A stretch of 33,769 bases of DNA, taken from the IMG/VR virus record IMGVR_UViG_3300045988_180636; one strand, given 5' to 3'. The notes beneath the pieces are model-generated. The model searched no databases. It had not been told where the DNA came from and saw only the letters and a list, made by a program, of their open reading frames with translations. The position numbers and the translations under genes are program-made. Below, one piece after another: positions 16,647 to 24,933 of the stretch. This DNA is from a virus. Each line of letters opens with the position of its first letter. The first letter of the stretch is position 1.

Positions 16647-16727
16647 GTTTTATATGTCGGTGCAGTTATTCAGGATCAGAGCAAACAAAAAAGCCGTTGA
16701 CCTGTTGAGAGGTTCGGCTTTCCTGAT

Positions 16728-16937
16728 TCAGTGATATATATTTTTGGTTTTTCGTGATACAACTTGTAAATCAGCGTTGAGCGAATTTATAACCTTTTCA
16801 AATTCGGATAATGTAAAACTATTTCGTGATAGTTTATTGCGTACTGATTGCGGTTGTATTCCTAGTAATTCCGCTAACTGGTTTATACTTGTATCAGATT
16901 CTAACATAAGTTGTTTTATAACCTGTGATCCGTTCAT
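16728..16937 (-). CDS. Small HTH regulator
   Basis: ATG 16937 with RBS GAAAGGCGG. SINQLAELLGIQPQSVRNKLSRN is an HTH motif. Confidence 0.6.
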   Translation of the reverse strand: MNGSQVIKQLMLESDTSINQLAELLGIQPQSVRNKLSRNSFTLSEFEKVINSLNADLQVVSRKTKNIYH

Positions 16938-17102
16938 ATAAAACCGCCTTTCTATAATCAATTATGAGTTACAATAAGAATATAACACACATTCAAATAA
17001 TAATCAATATAGAGTTGTCATAAATCTAATAGGGTTATTTTTTCATATAATAGGAAGAAACACAAAAAAATAAAAAATATTATAAAAATAATCAAATAAG
17101 GG

Positions 17103-17131
17103 TTGACATATACTCACATATGAGTTATAGT
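17103..17131 (+). promoter_or_regulatory. Promoter of the ardA operon (TTGACA-17-TATAGT)
   Basis: Exact -35 consensus with a 17-nt spacer. The inverted repeat ACTCA-N4-TGAGT lies in the spacer. Confidence 0.6.
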
Positions 17132-17208
17132 AAAGCTACAAACAAAACAACAAACGGTTGTAAGGTCTGGACACCGAAGCAACCAACATTTAGAAAGGTG
17201 GTTTTATT

Positions 17209-17721
17209 ATGATGAAAATTTATTTGACAAACTTAGGAAAGTACAACGAAGGTCAGTTAGTCGGTGAATGGGTAGAGTTACCAGTGAGCAACGAAGAACT
17301 TCAGGAAGTATTTAAAAGAATCGGAATCAATGAAGAATACGAAGAGTATTTCATAACTGATTATGAGTGTGACTTTTACGAAGTCGGAGAGTATGAGAAC
17401 TTAGACACATTAAACGACATAGCGGAACGGATCGAAGAACTGGACGAAGAAGAAAGCAAGGTTGTAAAGGCTTTAATGTCGGAGTTAGGTTATACACTGG
17501 ATGAAGCTATAGACAAGGTAAACAATGGCGATTATAGAATATATAGCGATTGTGACAACATGACAGATATAGCATATCAGGTTGTAGAAGAATGTGGGTA
17601 TTTGAATAATGTACCTGACAATGTGGCTAGATACTTTGATTATGAATCATTCGGTAGGGATTTAGGTATTGAAGGAAATTATATCTTTACAGATGATAAC
17701 GAAGCTATAGAGGTTTACTAA
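17209..17721 (+). CDS. ardA: Antirestriction protein ArdA (DNA mimic)
   Basis: IYLTNLGKYNEGQLVGEWVELP...EEYFITDYE...GEYENL matches the ArdA family signature. Very acidic, 170 aa. Confidence 0.75.
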   Translation: MMKIYLTNLGKYNEGQLVGEWVELPVSNEELQEVFKRIGINEEYEEYFITDYECDFYEVGEYENLDTLNDIAERIEELDEEESKVVKALMSELGYTLDEAIDKVNNGDYRIYSDCDNMTDIAYQVVEECGYLNNVPDNVARYFDYESFGRDLGIEGNYIFTDDNEAIEVY

Positions 17722-17734
17722 GGGGGTGGACAGT

Positions 17735-17929
17735 ATGAACAATTTAACACATTTGTTTTCAGTAGGTCAGAAAGTCCGTTGTAATATGGATGGTACTTTT
17801 TACAATGGTACAATAAAAGAAACATATACAGATCATATCATTGTAGACATTCCCGACATATCGGATCATTGTTGGTTTGAAAATGGTTTTAATATGGATT
17901 GTGTTTATCCAGAATATAACTTTATGTAA
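17735..17929 (+). CDS. Hypothetical small protein
   Basis: ATG 17735 with RBS AAGGGGGTG. Confidence 0.5.
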   Translation: MNNLTHLFSVGQKVRCNMDGTFYNGTIKETYTDHIIVDIPDISDHCWFENGFNMDCVYPEYNFM

Positions 17930-17942
17930 GGGGGTGCGGTGT

Positions 17943-18197
17943 ATGTCAGATAAAAATATTATGGACTGGATCAGAGAACACGAAGGACAAAAGAGCTGTA
18001 CAGATTACTTTGATATAGGTAACAAGACACAACATATTGTTAGATATGATAATGGCGATACATACCAACATATAGAGGTATACGAAGGAACAATGAAGAA
18101 GCACACCGAAACAATTATAAATAATAAAACGGTCAGGGTTCAGGACTTAGAATATCATTGTTTCGGATGGAGAGCAACAACAACAAAATTATTTTAA
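17943..18197 (+). CDS. Hypothetical small protein
   Basis: ATG 17943 with RBS AAGGGGGTG; the listed upstream extension is unlikely. Confidence 0.5.
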   Translation: MSDKNIMDWIREHEGQKSCTDYFDIGNKTQHIVRYDNGDTYQHIEVYEGTMKKHTETIINNKTVRVQDLEYHCFGWRATTTKLF

Positions 18198-18219
18198 GAA
18201 AGGTTAAAAGGTGGTAAAC

Positions 18220-18417
18220 ATGGCAAACAACAACATTGAGGCGGTAGAAGTAAAAGGCGGTTTTTATACTGTTATAGTGATTCAGTTAGATATATTTGAA
18301 TCAAGAATCATTGACGAAAGACATTTTGGAACGAAGGAAAAAGCCGAACAATTCCAGATACACACTATTATAGATAGTGCCGATAATATCCGTTGTATCA
18401 TGTCTTATGTAGCGTAG
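18220..18417 (+). CDS. Hypothetical small protein
   Basis: ATG 18220 with RBS AAAAGGTGG. Confidence 0.5.
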   Translation: MANNNIEAVEVKGGFYTVIVIQLDIFESRIIDERHFGTKEKAEQFQIHTIIDSADNIRCIMSYVA

Positions 18418-18428
18418 GGGGTGTATAT

Positions 18429-18644
18429 ATGCACTTTATAATATTTATCATATATCTTTTGTATATTTCTTGTAGACTATTAAAAGAAGAATGGGGAAAT
18501 GGGGATTTTTACCGTGATATGTACAGAAAATACGGACATAAAGCCGATTTAAAAAGAGCAAACGAAAGTGACACGGTTGTTACATTATCAATTATGTTTT
18601 TATCTTTATTCGGTATTGCGGTTTTATATGCTATCTTTGCATAA
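18429..18644 (+). CDS. Small two-TM membrane protein
   Basis: ATG 18429 with RBS TAGGGGGTG. Hydrophobic segments HFIIFIIYLLYISCRLL and VVTLSIMFLSLFGIAVLYAIFA. Confidence 0.5.
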   Translation: MHFIIFIIYLLYISCRLLKEEWGNGDFYRDMYRKYGHKADLKRANESDTVVTLSIMFLSLFGIAVLYAIFA

Positions 18645-18671
18645 TAACAACTAAATAAGGAATAATAAAAA

Positions 18672-18706
18672 GGTCTTAAATCTGTAAAGGATTTAAGGCT
18701 TTTTTA
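18672..18706 (+). terminator. Terminator ending the ardA operon
   Basis: Stem CTTAAATC / GATTTAAG with flanking pairs, followed by CTTTTTTATT. Confidence 0.6.
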
Positions 18707-18752
18707 TTGCGTCTTATTATGGTATATGATACGGCATTTATTGAACGATTCA

Positions 18753-18915
18753 CAGGGTTATATATTGACCTGTAAAGCCGTTTTATTATATAGGTGTGCT
18801 ATTCCTTGCCTATGGTCTTTTATGGTCTGTATGGGGCGAATATGAAGCCTTGCGACAGGTTTATATATTGGAGTGTGTGCGGTGCATTGTGTAGCCTGTA
18901 CAGGTTTATATATTG
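18753..18915 (+). repeat. Three direct copies of CAGG(G/T)TTATATATTG (iteron-like)
   Basis: Copies at 18753-18767, 18856-18870 and 18901-18915, in an ORF-free stretch. Confidence 0.6.
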
Positions 18916-19264
18916 CCTTGTATTGCTTCGGTGTGATCCGTTGTATTGTGTGCGGTCTGGTGTAGTTTTTCCAGTGTGTCAGGGTGTGCAGTATGTAAGA
19001 ATATACATAAATATACAAAATATCAATAAATAAGCGTATAGCTGTAGAAAGCCGTATTTTGACCGTAGAGCCGTTTTAATATGTTAGGGTATATTTATAT
19101 AGGGTAGGCGGTTTAAATGCCTTATATGGGCGAATTTAGTTTTGAACTTTCGGACGTCTGACCGTGGGGCGATGATATGAGCAACGAACCCCCAAACCGC
19201 CAACCGCCCCTTAGCTGAAGTAAATTTTTTGCACCGACAAAATTTTGGAACAAGTACCAAAACC

Positions 19265-19323
19265 ATATAAAAAGTAATACCACCTACACCATAACCACAC
19301 CGTTATTATATAAAAAGTATTAC
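19265..19323. repeat. Two degenerate copies of the TATAAAAAGTA(A/T)TAC partition/operator motif
   Basis: ATATAAAAAGTAATACC at 19265-19281. TATATAAAAAGTATTACC ends at 19323, with the core in inverted orientation. Confidence 0.5.
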
Positions 19324-19401
19324 CGAACCAACAACCACTACTCTTCCACTCTACTATCTTATCCCACCAACAATATGTTCAATAAATGTGTTCAAAAACT
19401 C

Positions 19402-19430
19402 TTGACTACTACCCTGACTTATTGTACAAT
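19402..19430 (+). promoter_or_regulatory. Promoter (TTGACT-17-TACAAT) flanked by GTTCAATAAAT operator repeats
   Basis: Exact spacing. GTTCAATAAAT at 19377-19387 and 19438-19448, and GTTCAAAAA at 19390-19398. Confidence 0.6.
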
Positions 19431-19467
19431 AAATACAGTTCAATAAATAGGAAAGGTGGTCTTTGAT

Positions 19468-19629
19468 ATGAAATATGAAATCTGCAAAGTCACAAATGAC
19501 AACGGTGTAAATATCTACTCTGTTGTAGCGTGGACAGATAATAGAGTATATGCACAGGAATGTACGGAAGCACTGGAACTATTAAAAGGTAAGAAATATG
19601 TGGTATGTGTAGACGGTAAACCACTGTAA
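19468..19629 (+). CDS. Hypothetical 53-aa protein
   Basis: ATG 19468 with RBS GGAAAGGTGG. Translation begins MKYEICKVTNDNGVNIYSVVAWTDNRVYAQE.... Below the ORF-track length cut-off. Confidence 0.5.
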   Translation: MKYEICKVTNDNGVNIYSVVAWTDNRVYAQECTEALELLKGKKYVVCVDGKPL

Positions 19630-19660
19630 CTACTACCCCACCAGAAAGAAGGTGTTGAGT

Positions 19661-21259
19661 ATGCCGAAAAAGAAATATTTCCTGTCACAAGCTGATTTAT
19701 CTAAGCTGCTAAAGAATTATGGCGGTGGTTATCACTGGAAGATTCATAAGCAACTATCAGAATCAGGAAACGTGACCTACACTGACACACAGGGCGGTAT
19801 GCTCTCCATCAACCAACTATGGGATCAGGAAACAGATAAACCGTATGTTATGGTCTATCTCTCACACTCTGACGGTAAAATCTATCGTAAGGATAAATGG
19901 GATTGGTTCGATACTGTCCATCAATTATATTTTGATTGGACATTACAGAATGGAGACTATGACTTAGAATTTAAAGATTTAGAGGGTAAAGCTATGGCAA
20001 AGAAGAGACAGAGCCACACACAGAGGTTACAAACTGAACTGGAAAACTATAAGAAGTGGAACGCACAACAGGATGAAATTATAAAGCGGTTGCGTGAGAA
20101 TGGCGAAAACTCATTCCTGAATAGTTCGACTTACATTCAGTTACAGGAAGATTTGAAATTTTATAAGAACTGCAACAACCTTAGTGAAATCGGACGTGCG
20201 AACGCTGAAGGTAGATGGAAGAAATCTTCGGATAATGAAAGAAAGCTATATGAAGATAACAAGGCTTTCTTAGAGCATGACGGAGACTCCGACTATTTTA
20301 TCGGTATCATTGAGTGCTACAAAGAAATCAATGAGGTTCACAGATATATTGATGAAGTGAAATCTCTGGAAGGAAAGATACAGGGATATAAAGATATTAT
20401 TGCGGAGCGTGACGAAGAAATAGAACGGTTGCATGGTATCATAGCTGAACTGAAGCATGAGCAACCTACTACTACTACCCTATCTCCTGATATGCAACAG
20501 GAATACGATCAAGCTATTAAAGATAGAGATAATTATAAGGGTTGGTACGAAAACCAAAAAGAAAACTATCAGAAAGAATATGAAAAAAATAAGGAACTGT
20601 CAGAAGAAATCGAAAGCCTGAAACTTCAGGTATCGGCAGAACCGACAACCAAAAATATATCTGATGAAGAATTAGACACTCTTTCAATAAGAGATATTAG
20701 AAATAAAGCTACTGAAGAAGTGGACGGAAAGCCTTTTAATGATTTTGGATGGTTCGATTCATATGAAAGTATGAGCCGATCCGAACTTATTAAGAGGGTT
20801 CATTATGTAGAAACTATCTCCAACCGTAGAAAAGCCACTATACATGAACTGAAAAAAGAGTTACAGAGCAAGCGTTACGATCAGTATTCAGAAGAAGATT
20901 CAATTACTTACAATGCAGCCTTAGAAAAGATTAGTAGACTAGAAAATGACCTTAAAATGTATCAGGGATTTGTAGAAAATTCAAATAAGCGTGAAGCGGA
21001 ACTACAACAGAAAATAACCGAACTTGCGTCTGCTACTCTCACACCAGAAGAATCTATAAAGGTTATTGAACAGAATATCGAACAGGATAAGGAACTGAAG
21101 AAAGCTAACCAGAAGAAGCAAGGTAGACCAGTAACCGTTACGGACACACAAAGAGCCGTGATATTTGAACTACATAAGAATGGACACTCTATCAGGGCAA
21201 TAGCAAAACAGGTAGGTAAATCTGTCGGAACTGTCCATAGGATATTAAACGAACAATAG
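19661..21259 (+). CDS. Long coiled-coil protein with a C-terminal Hin/resolvase-type HTH (HTH_7-like) DNA-binding domain
   Basis: ATG 19661 with RBS GAAAGAAGGTG. Extended heptad-rich, charged central region. The C-terminus GRPVTVTDTQRAVIFELHKNGHSIRAIAKQVGKSVGTVHRIL resembles the Hin DNA-binding domain, including the GRP arm. Confidence 0.6.
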   Translation: MPKKKYFLSQADLSKLLKNYGGGYHWKIHKQLSESGNVTYTDTQGGMLSINQLWDQETDKPYVMVYLSHSDGKIYRKDKWDWFDTVHQLYFDWTLQNGDYDLEFKDLEGKAMAKKRQSHTQRLQTELENYKKWNAQQDEIIKRLRENGENSFLNSSTYIQLQEDLKFYKNCNNLSEIGRANAEGRWKKSSDNERKLYEDNKAFLEHDGDSDYFIGIIECYKEINEVHRYIDEVKSLEGKIQGYKDIIAERDEEIERLHGIIAELKHEQPTTTTLSPDMQQEYDQAIKDRDNYKGWYENQKENYQKEYEKNKELSEEIESLKLQVSAEPTTKNISDEELDTLSIRDIRNKATEEVDGKPFNDFGWFDSYESMSRSELIKRVHYVETISNRRKATIHELKKELQSKRYDQYSEEDSITYNAALEKISRLENDLKMYQGFVENSNKREAELQQKITELASATLTPEESIKVIEQNIEQDKELKKANQKKQGRPVTVTDTQRAVIFELHKNGHSIRAIAKQVGKSVGTVHRILNEQ

Positions 21260-21273
21260 ATAATGAACAAAAA

Positions 21274-21310
21274 ATAAGGAAGGACAATTACTACTGCCCT
21301 TCCTTTTATG
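21274..21310 (+). terminator. Terminator
   Basis: Stem AGGAAGG / CCTTCCT followed by TTTATG. Confidence 0.55.
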
Positions 21311-21429
21311 TTGCATTTGAAATCTAATTAATTGCAATAACAATCTATTAGAATTGCATTAGAAATAGATTAACAATGCAATGTGTTATTACCTTTTATA
21401 TAATAAGTATCACTAATACAACGGTACAC

Positions 21430-21454
21430 ATATAAAAAGTAATACTTATTATAT
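21430..21454. repeat. 25-nt repeat ATATAAAAAGTAATACTTATTATAT (copy 1)
   Basis: Identical to 21540-21564 and 22761-22785. Contains the near-palindrome AAGTA-A-TACTT. Confidence 0.8.
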
Positions 21455-21484
21455 AAAAAATAATAAAATGAGTGCAAATAAATC

Positions 21485-21513
21485 TTGACTACAGGATCAA
21501 AAAAGAATATAAT
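21485..21513 (+). promoter_or_regulatory. parA promoter (TTGACT-17-TATAAT)
   Basis: Exact spacing. Lies between repeat copies 1 and 2. Confidence 0.65.
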
Positions 21514-21539
21514 AAGCCATATAAATAAATATAAGAATT

Positions 21540-21564
21540 ATATAAAAAGTAATACTTATTATAT
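21540..21564. repeat. 25-nt repeat (copy 2), between the promoter and the parA RBS
   Basis: Exact copy. Confidence 0.8.
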
Positions 21565-21584
21565 TTTGAAAGGAGATTTTGCAC

Positions 21585-22355
21585 ATGAAAGTTATAGCAA
21601 TAGCAAACCAGAAGGGCGGTGTAGCAAAAACTACCACTACTTACAATCTTGCGGTTGCAAAAGCAATAGTCGGAAAAAAGGTACTTATGATTGACCTTGA
21701 TCCACAGGCTAGTTTGACAATTTGTTGTGGTCTTAATCCAGATGATAAAGATTTTGAAAATTACAATGTATGCAAATTATTTGATGGAAAGACAACGGCT
21801 GCGGAATGTGCTTTCAATGTAGAGAGTACAGAACTGGATAACTTATTTATTATCCCATCCAACATTGACCTTGCGGTTACAGAGACAAAATTAGTTGTCG
21901 GTAGGAATAGTGACGTGCAGTTGCGGAAAGCTGTATTGACACTTAAACCATATTTTGATTATATATTTATTGATTGTCCACCACAGTTAGGAACACTTCT
22001 TATCAATGCTCTTGTAGCTGCGGACGAAGTTATTATACCTGTAAAGACAGAATACCTTGCGTACAGAGGATTAAAAGCCTTAATGAGTACAATCAAGGAC
22101 GTACAGAGTGGAGATGGAGACAGATCATTGAATCCTGACTTGATACTCACTGGAATTATCGCTACAATGTACAAAGCTAAGATAAATGATAATCAGGATG
22201 TACTGGCTATGTTGGAACAGAAAGCACCAATTTTAGGTGTGGTAAAGGATTCTGCGGATGTCAACAGGGCGATTGTAGAAGGAAAACCAGTTGTATTATC
22301 GAATAAGAAAGCACCTACGGCAAAAGAATACATGGAAATTGCCTTTAAATTATAG
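21585..22355 (+). CDS. parA: ParA/Soj-family partition ATPase
   Basis: Deviant Walker A in [17 protein letters not shown], then [11 protein letters not shown] and FIDCPP. ATG 21585 with RBS AAAGGAG. Confidence 0.85.
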   Translation: MKVIAIANQKGGVAKTTTTYNLAVAKAIVGKKVLMIDLDPQASLTICCGLNPDDKDFENYNVCKLFDGKTTAAECAFNVESTELDNLFIIPSNIDLAVTETKLVVGRNSDVQLRKAVLTLKPYFDYIFIDCPPQLGTLLINALVAADEVIIPVKTEYLAYRGLKALMSTIKDVQSGDGDRSLNPDLILTGIIATMYKAKINDNQDVLAMLEQKAPILGVVKDSADVNRAIVEGKPVVLSNKKAPTAKEYMEIAFKL

Positions 22356-22441
22356 TAATACATATTATATACTAAGTAATACTATGATAATTATAAGTAA
22401 TACTAAGCATATAACAAGTATTAAAGAAAGGATATGAGATT

Positions 22442-22741
22442 ATGGCAACAAAAAGACCACGATTGATAGATACTCTTCAGGAAGAAGAATTACAGGAAAT
22501 CAAAGAAGAACAGGCGAAGGAAACTCCAACCGTTGAAAGAAAAGCACCTGTAGATCAGATTATTTCAAAAGATGGAGCAAAGGACAAACAAATATCTGCA
22601 AAAGTAAATATGAAAATTTACAGTGCATTTACAACCATAAACAAGCTGCAAGGTATATCAAATAATTCGGCATTGAATATGTTAATCACAAAATATGTCC
22701 GTGAAAATAAAGATATTCTGGACGAAGATAATTTATTTTAG
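22442..22741 (+). CDS. Putative ribbon-helix-helix centromere-binding/partition adaptor (ParG/omega-like)
   Basis: 99 aa directly after parA. Disordered charged N-terminus, then ISAKVNMKIYSAFTTINKLQGISNNSALNMLITKYV (beta-strand, helix, helix pattern). Confidence 0.5.
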   Translation: MATKRPRLIDTLQEEELQEIKEEQAKETPTVERKAPVDQIISKDGAKDKQISAKVNMKIYSAFTTINKLQGISNNSALNMLITKYVRENKDILDEDNLF

Positions 22742-22760
22742 AAAATCGGTAATAATAGTT

Positions 22761-22785
22761 ATATAAAAAGTAATACTTATTATAT
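22761..22785. repeat. 25-nt repeat (copy 3), downstream of the RHH gene
   Basis: Exact copy. Additional degenerate AGTAATAC copies lie at 22354-22430 and 23991-24021. Confidence 0.8.
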
Positions 22786-22886
22786 GTAAAAATAAAATTG
22801 CCTATTGATTTTTTTGAAAAATGCTTGTACAATAGATACCAAGTATAGGAATTTGAGTATGAGCATATCGCAATAGTCAATATGAA

Positions 22887-22924
22887 AAGCGGTATGAAGT
22901 TTATCCTCATACCGCTTATTTCAT
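22887..22924 (+). terminator. Terminator of the par operon
   Basis: 11-bp stem AAGCGGTATGA / TCATACCGCTT followed by ATTTCAT. Confidence 0.6.
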
Positions 22925-23255
22925 ACTTACACGTTCTAAAGTTATATATATTGTTATTTTGGTCTGCTTTACCAATAGTAGACCTGTAGCGGATGTATTG
23001 GCAGTACAAACCGTTACGAAAACTACAACTTCATATTAAAGAAAAATCAACTTAGCATAAATTCATTTTTCAAAAAATGAAATTGTGGTAGGGTGTGTTT
23101 CGTTTACACCTTTTTTGTAAGGTATATTCTAAACCATAAATCCCCACCTGTCAAGAATGAACTTGTGTTTGGTGTATTAAAGTTACTCTTTTTTAGAGGT
23201 AAAAGTAATATTTAACATATTCTAAGTATCACTTTTAATATGCTTTAATCAAAAA

Positions 23256-23790
23256 AGTTGGACAGGGTTTCAGGGTTTCTCCTGTATAAACAAATATCGG
23301 TATCGGCAAGCCTAACTAATGAATTGTCGGGGTGGATTCAGTACGTCTATTACTGGATCAATACCTAAGAGGTTGAAGCGAGTGCAAGACCTCATATGCC
23401 TAACCAGATGAATCTATTGGTACGATTAGTCTGTACATTGGTTAAAACTAGCACACGGGGGCGAAAAGTGAGCCTAGACGTACATAGGGTACACTTGACT
23501 ACGGCAACCTGTAGAAATACAGGATTGCGGAAATGGACAAGCACTGGAAACGGTGCGTAGTGTGGGCGTAGATCGACCACTATTAAAGTCCATGCGGACA
23601 CTAAGAAAACCGCACTCATAGATTGAACTGCTCTACAGGGAATACGGATACCTCATGCAAAAGCGGATTATTCGATTTTAGGGCATACCAGAGTTTCTTT
23701 TTCCATGCGATAGGGAAACTCTGCCCTGATACGAGAGCCGTTTCCTATTTCCCTACGGATTATTCGCCTACGGCGGTGTGAAAGTCAAGT
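23256..23790 (+). ncRNA. Candidate large structured non-coding RNA (about 0.5 kb; class unknown; boundaries approximate)
   Basis: ORF-free and visibly more G+C-rich than its flanks. Two GAAA-tetraloop hairpins (23508-23523, 23541-23556). A 9-bp helix CAGAGTTTC / GAAACTCTG (23689-23697 / 23715-23723) is extended by GGG/CCC. TAACCA/TGGTTA (23400 / 23439). GAGGT/ACCTC (23369 / 23390). Duplicated CGGATTATTCG (23664, 23756). Confidence 0.5.
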
Positions 23791-24035
23791 GTATTGACAA
23801 AATTAAAGTAAATAAATTTCAAAAATACCAGGGCGAACAGTTCAATAAATACAGTTCATAAATAAGTGGTGTATGTGTTAGGGTTTTATGTGAGTATATA
23901 GAAGAAAAACAGGCTTTAGTTCACAGGGTATATAAATCTATACTGAAGGTGTTTCGGTTCGGATTTACACTGTACAGATAGTAAAAAATTAAGTAATACA
24001 TAGTATATAAAAGGTAATACCAGAAAGGATAGAAC

Positions 24036-24437
24036 ATGGGAAAAATAAATAATGTAGTAAAGATCATGGAATTTAAAGATGATATGGATTTGTACAACCA
24101 GATAGACCAGTATATGAGTACCGACAGAGAACGATACTGGCGAATAAATAAGCCGTACAAGGTTACAAGTATCAATTTAATAAATGAACACAAAGCGTTG
24201 GTGTACCTAGAGGAAGATTTGAATGTCCTACAGGTACACTTTTTTAATTCTTCTAATGGAGAAGAACTGTTACCAGAAGATGAACCACACACTGAAGAAT
24301 TTCTCACTTATCAGGAAGTGCAGCTTATCAGTGAGTTAGGTTCGATTAAATTTGATGATACTGAATATGATGTAGAGGATATTAAGTATGAAATCAATTC
24401 ATACGGTACACGCTGCATTAACATATATTTAAACTAA
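24036..24437 (+). CDS. Hypothetical protein
   Basis: 133 aa with RBS GAAAGGA. Confidence 0.55.
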   Translation: MGKINNVVKIMEFKDDMDLYNQIDQYMSTDRERYWRINKPYKVTSINLINEHKALVYLEEDLNVLQVHFFNSSNGEELLPEDEPHTEEFLTYQEVQLISELGSIKFDDTEYDVEDIKYEINSYGTRCINIYLN

Positions 24438-24457
24438 CGGAAGGAGAATATAATATC

Positions 24458-24922
24458 ATGGCAAAAAGATATGATGATGAACAATATTACCAACATGGAG
24501 ACAGTGAACTTGCGACAGGGTTCACGAACTATGAGCGTCTTTTATTGGAACTGAATTATAAGAACTATTATCCGAACAAGACCACACAGGAAATGTCAGG
24601 AAATAAAGATTATGAGGGTATGAAGGGCGATAGAATCTTTGTCTATGAGAAAATCTTGAATGAGTGCGGTCTTGATCCAGAAGCAGATTATGATAAGAAT
24701 ACAGATCATGCAAAACTTCTTGAAGCTGCATACACGATTTTACATAGTCTCTTAGGCAATATTGACGCTTACAGAAAGATTGAAACAGAGTTTGTTACAC
24801 AGGGAGAAGCATTTACAAGCCTACAGAACCGCCTGAAAGACCTTAGAGCAGAGATTAACAGGGTTAAAGCTGAAATGCACGATAACGATTCAGACTTTAC
24901 ATTCATGTATTATACAAACTAA
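24458..24922 (+). CDS. Hypothetical protein (possible head-completion/adaptor protein, from position only)
   Basis: 154 aa with RBS GGAAGGAGAA. Precedes the Ig-domain structural-like protein. Confidence 0.5.
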   Translation: MAKRYDDEQYYQHGDSELATGFTNYERLLLELNYKNYYPNKTTQEMSGNKDYEGMKGDRIFVYEKILNECGLDPEADYDKNTDHAKLLEAAYTILHSLLGNIDAYRKIETEFVTQGEAFTSLQNRLKDLRAEINRVKAEMHDNDSDFTFMYYTN

Positions 24923-24933
24923 GGGGGTGCAAT

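Noticed and set aside
18758-19266. Listed ORFs 18758..19018 (-), 18794..19033 (+) and 19084..19266 (-)
   Set aside because: They are mutually overlapping frames in the iteron-like region, without RBSs and with repeat-derived sequence.
23733-23766. Group II intron domain V (GAGCCGT...ACGG) within the structured-RNA candidate
   Set aside because: The 3' strand (ACGGATTATT) cannot pair with the AGC triad region to give the conserved 34-nt domain V helix. No intron-encoded RT or maturase is present, and no host gene is interrupted.
13409-24035. Alternative genetic code (stop-codon reassignment) as an explanation for the large ORF-free regions
   Set aside because: All three stop codons occur frequently in every frame of these regions. 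All core genes (capsid, portal, terminase, helicase, polymerase) are intact under the standard code.
23392-24307. Listed minus-strand ORFs 23392..23619 and 23921..24307
   Set aside because: Neither has an RBS. The first lies in the structured-RNA candidate. The second is antisense to a promoter region and to the well-supported + strand gene 24036..24437, and has low-complexity Y/L/S-rich sequence.
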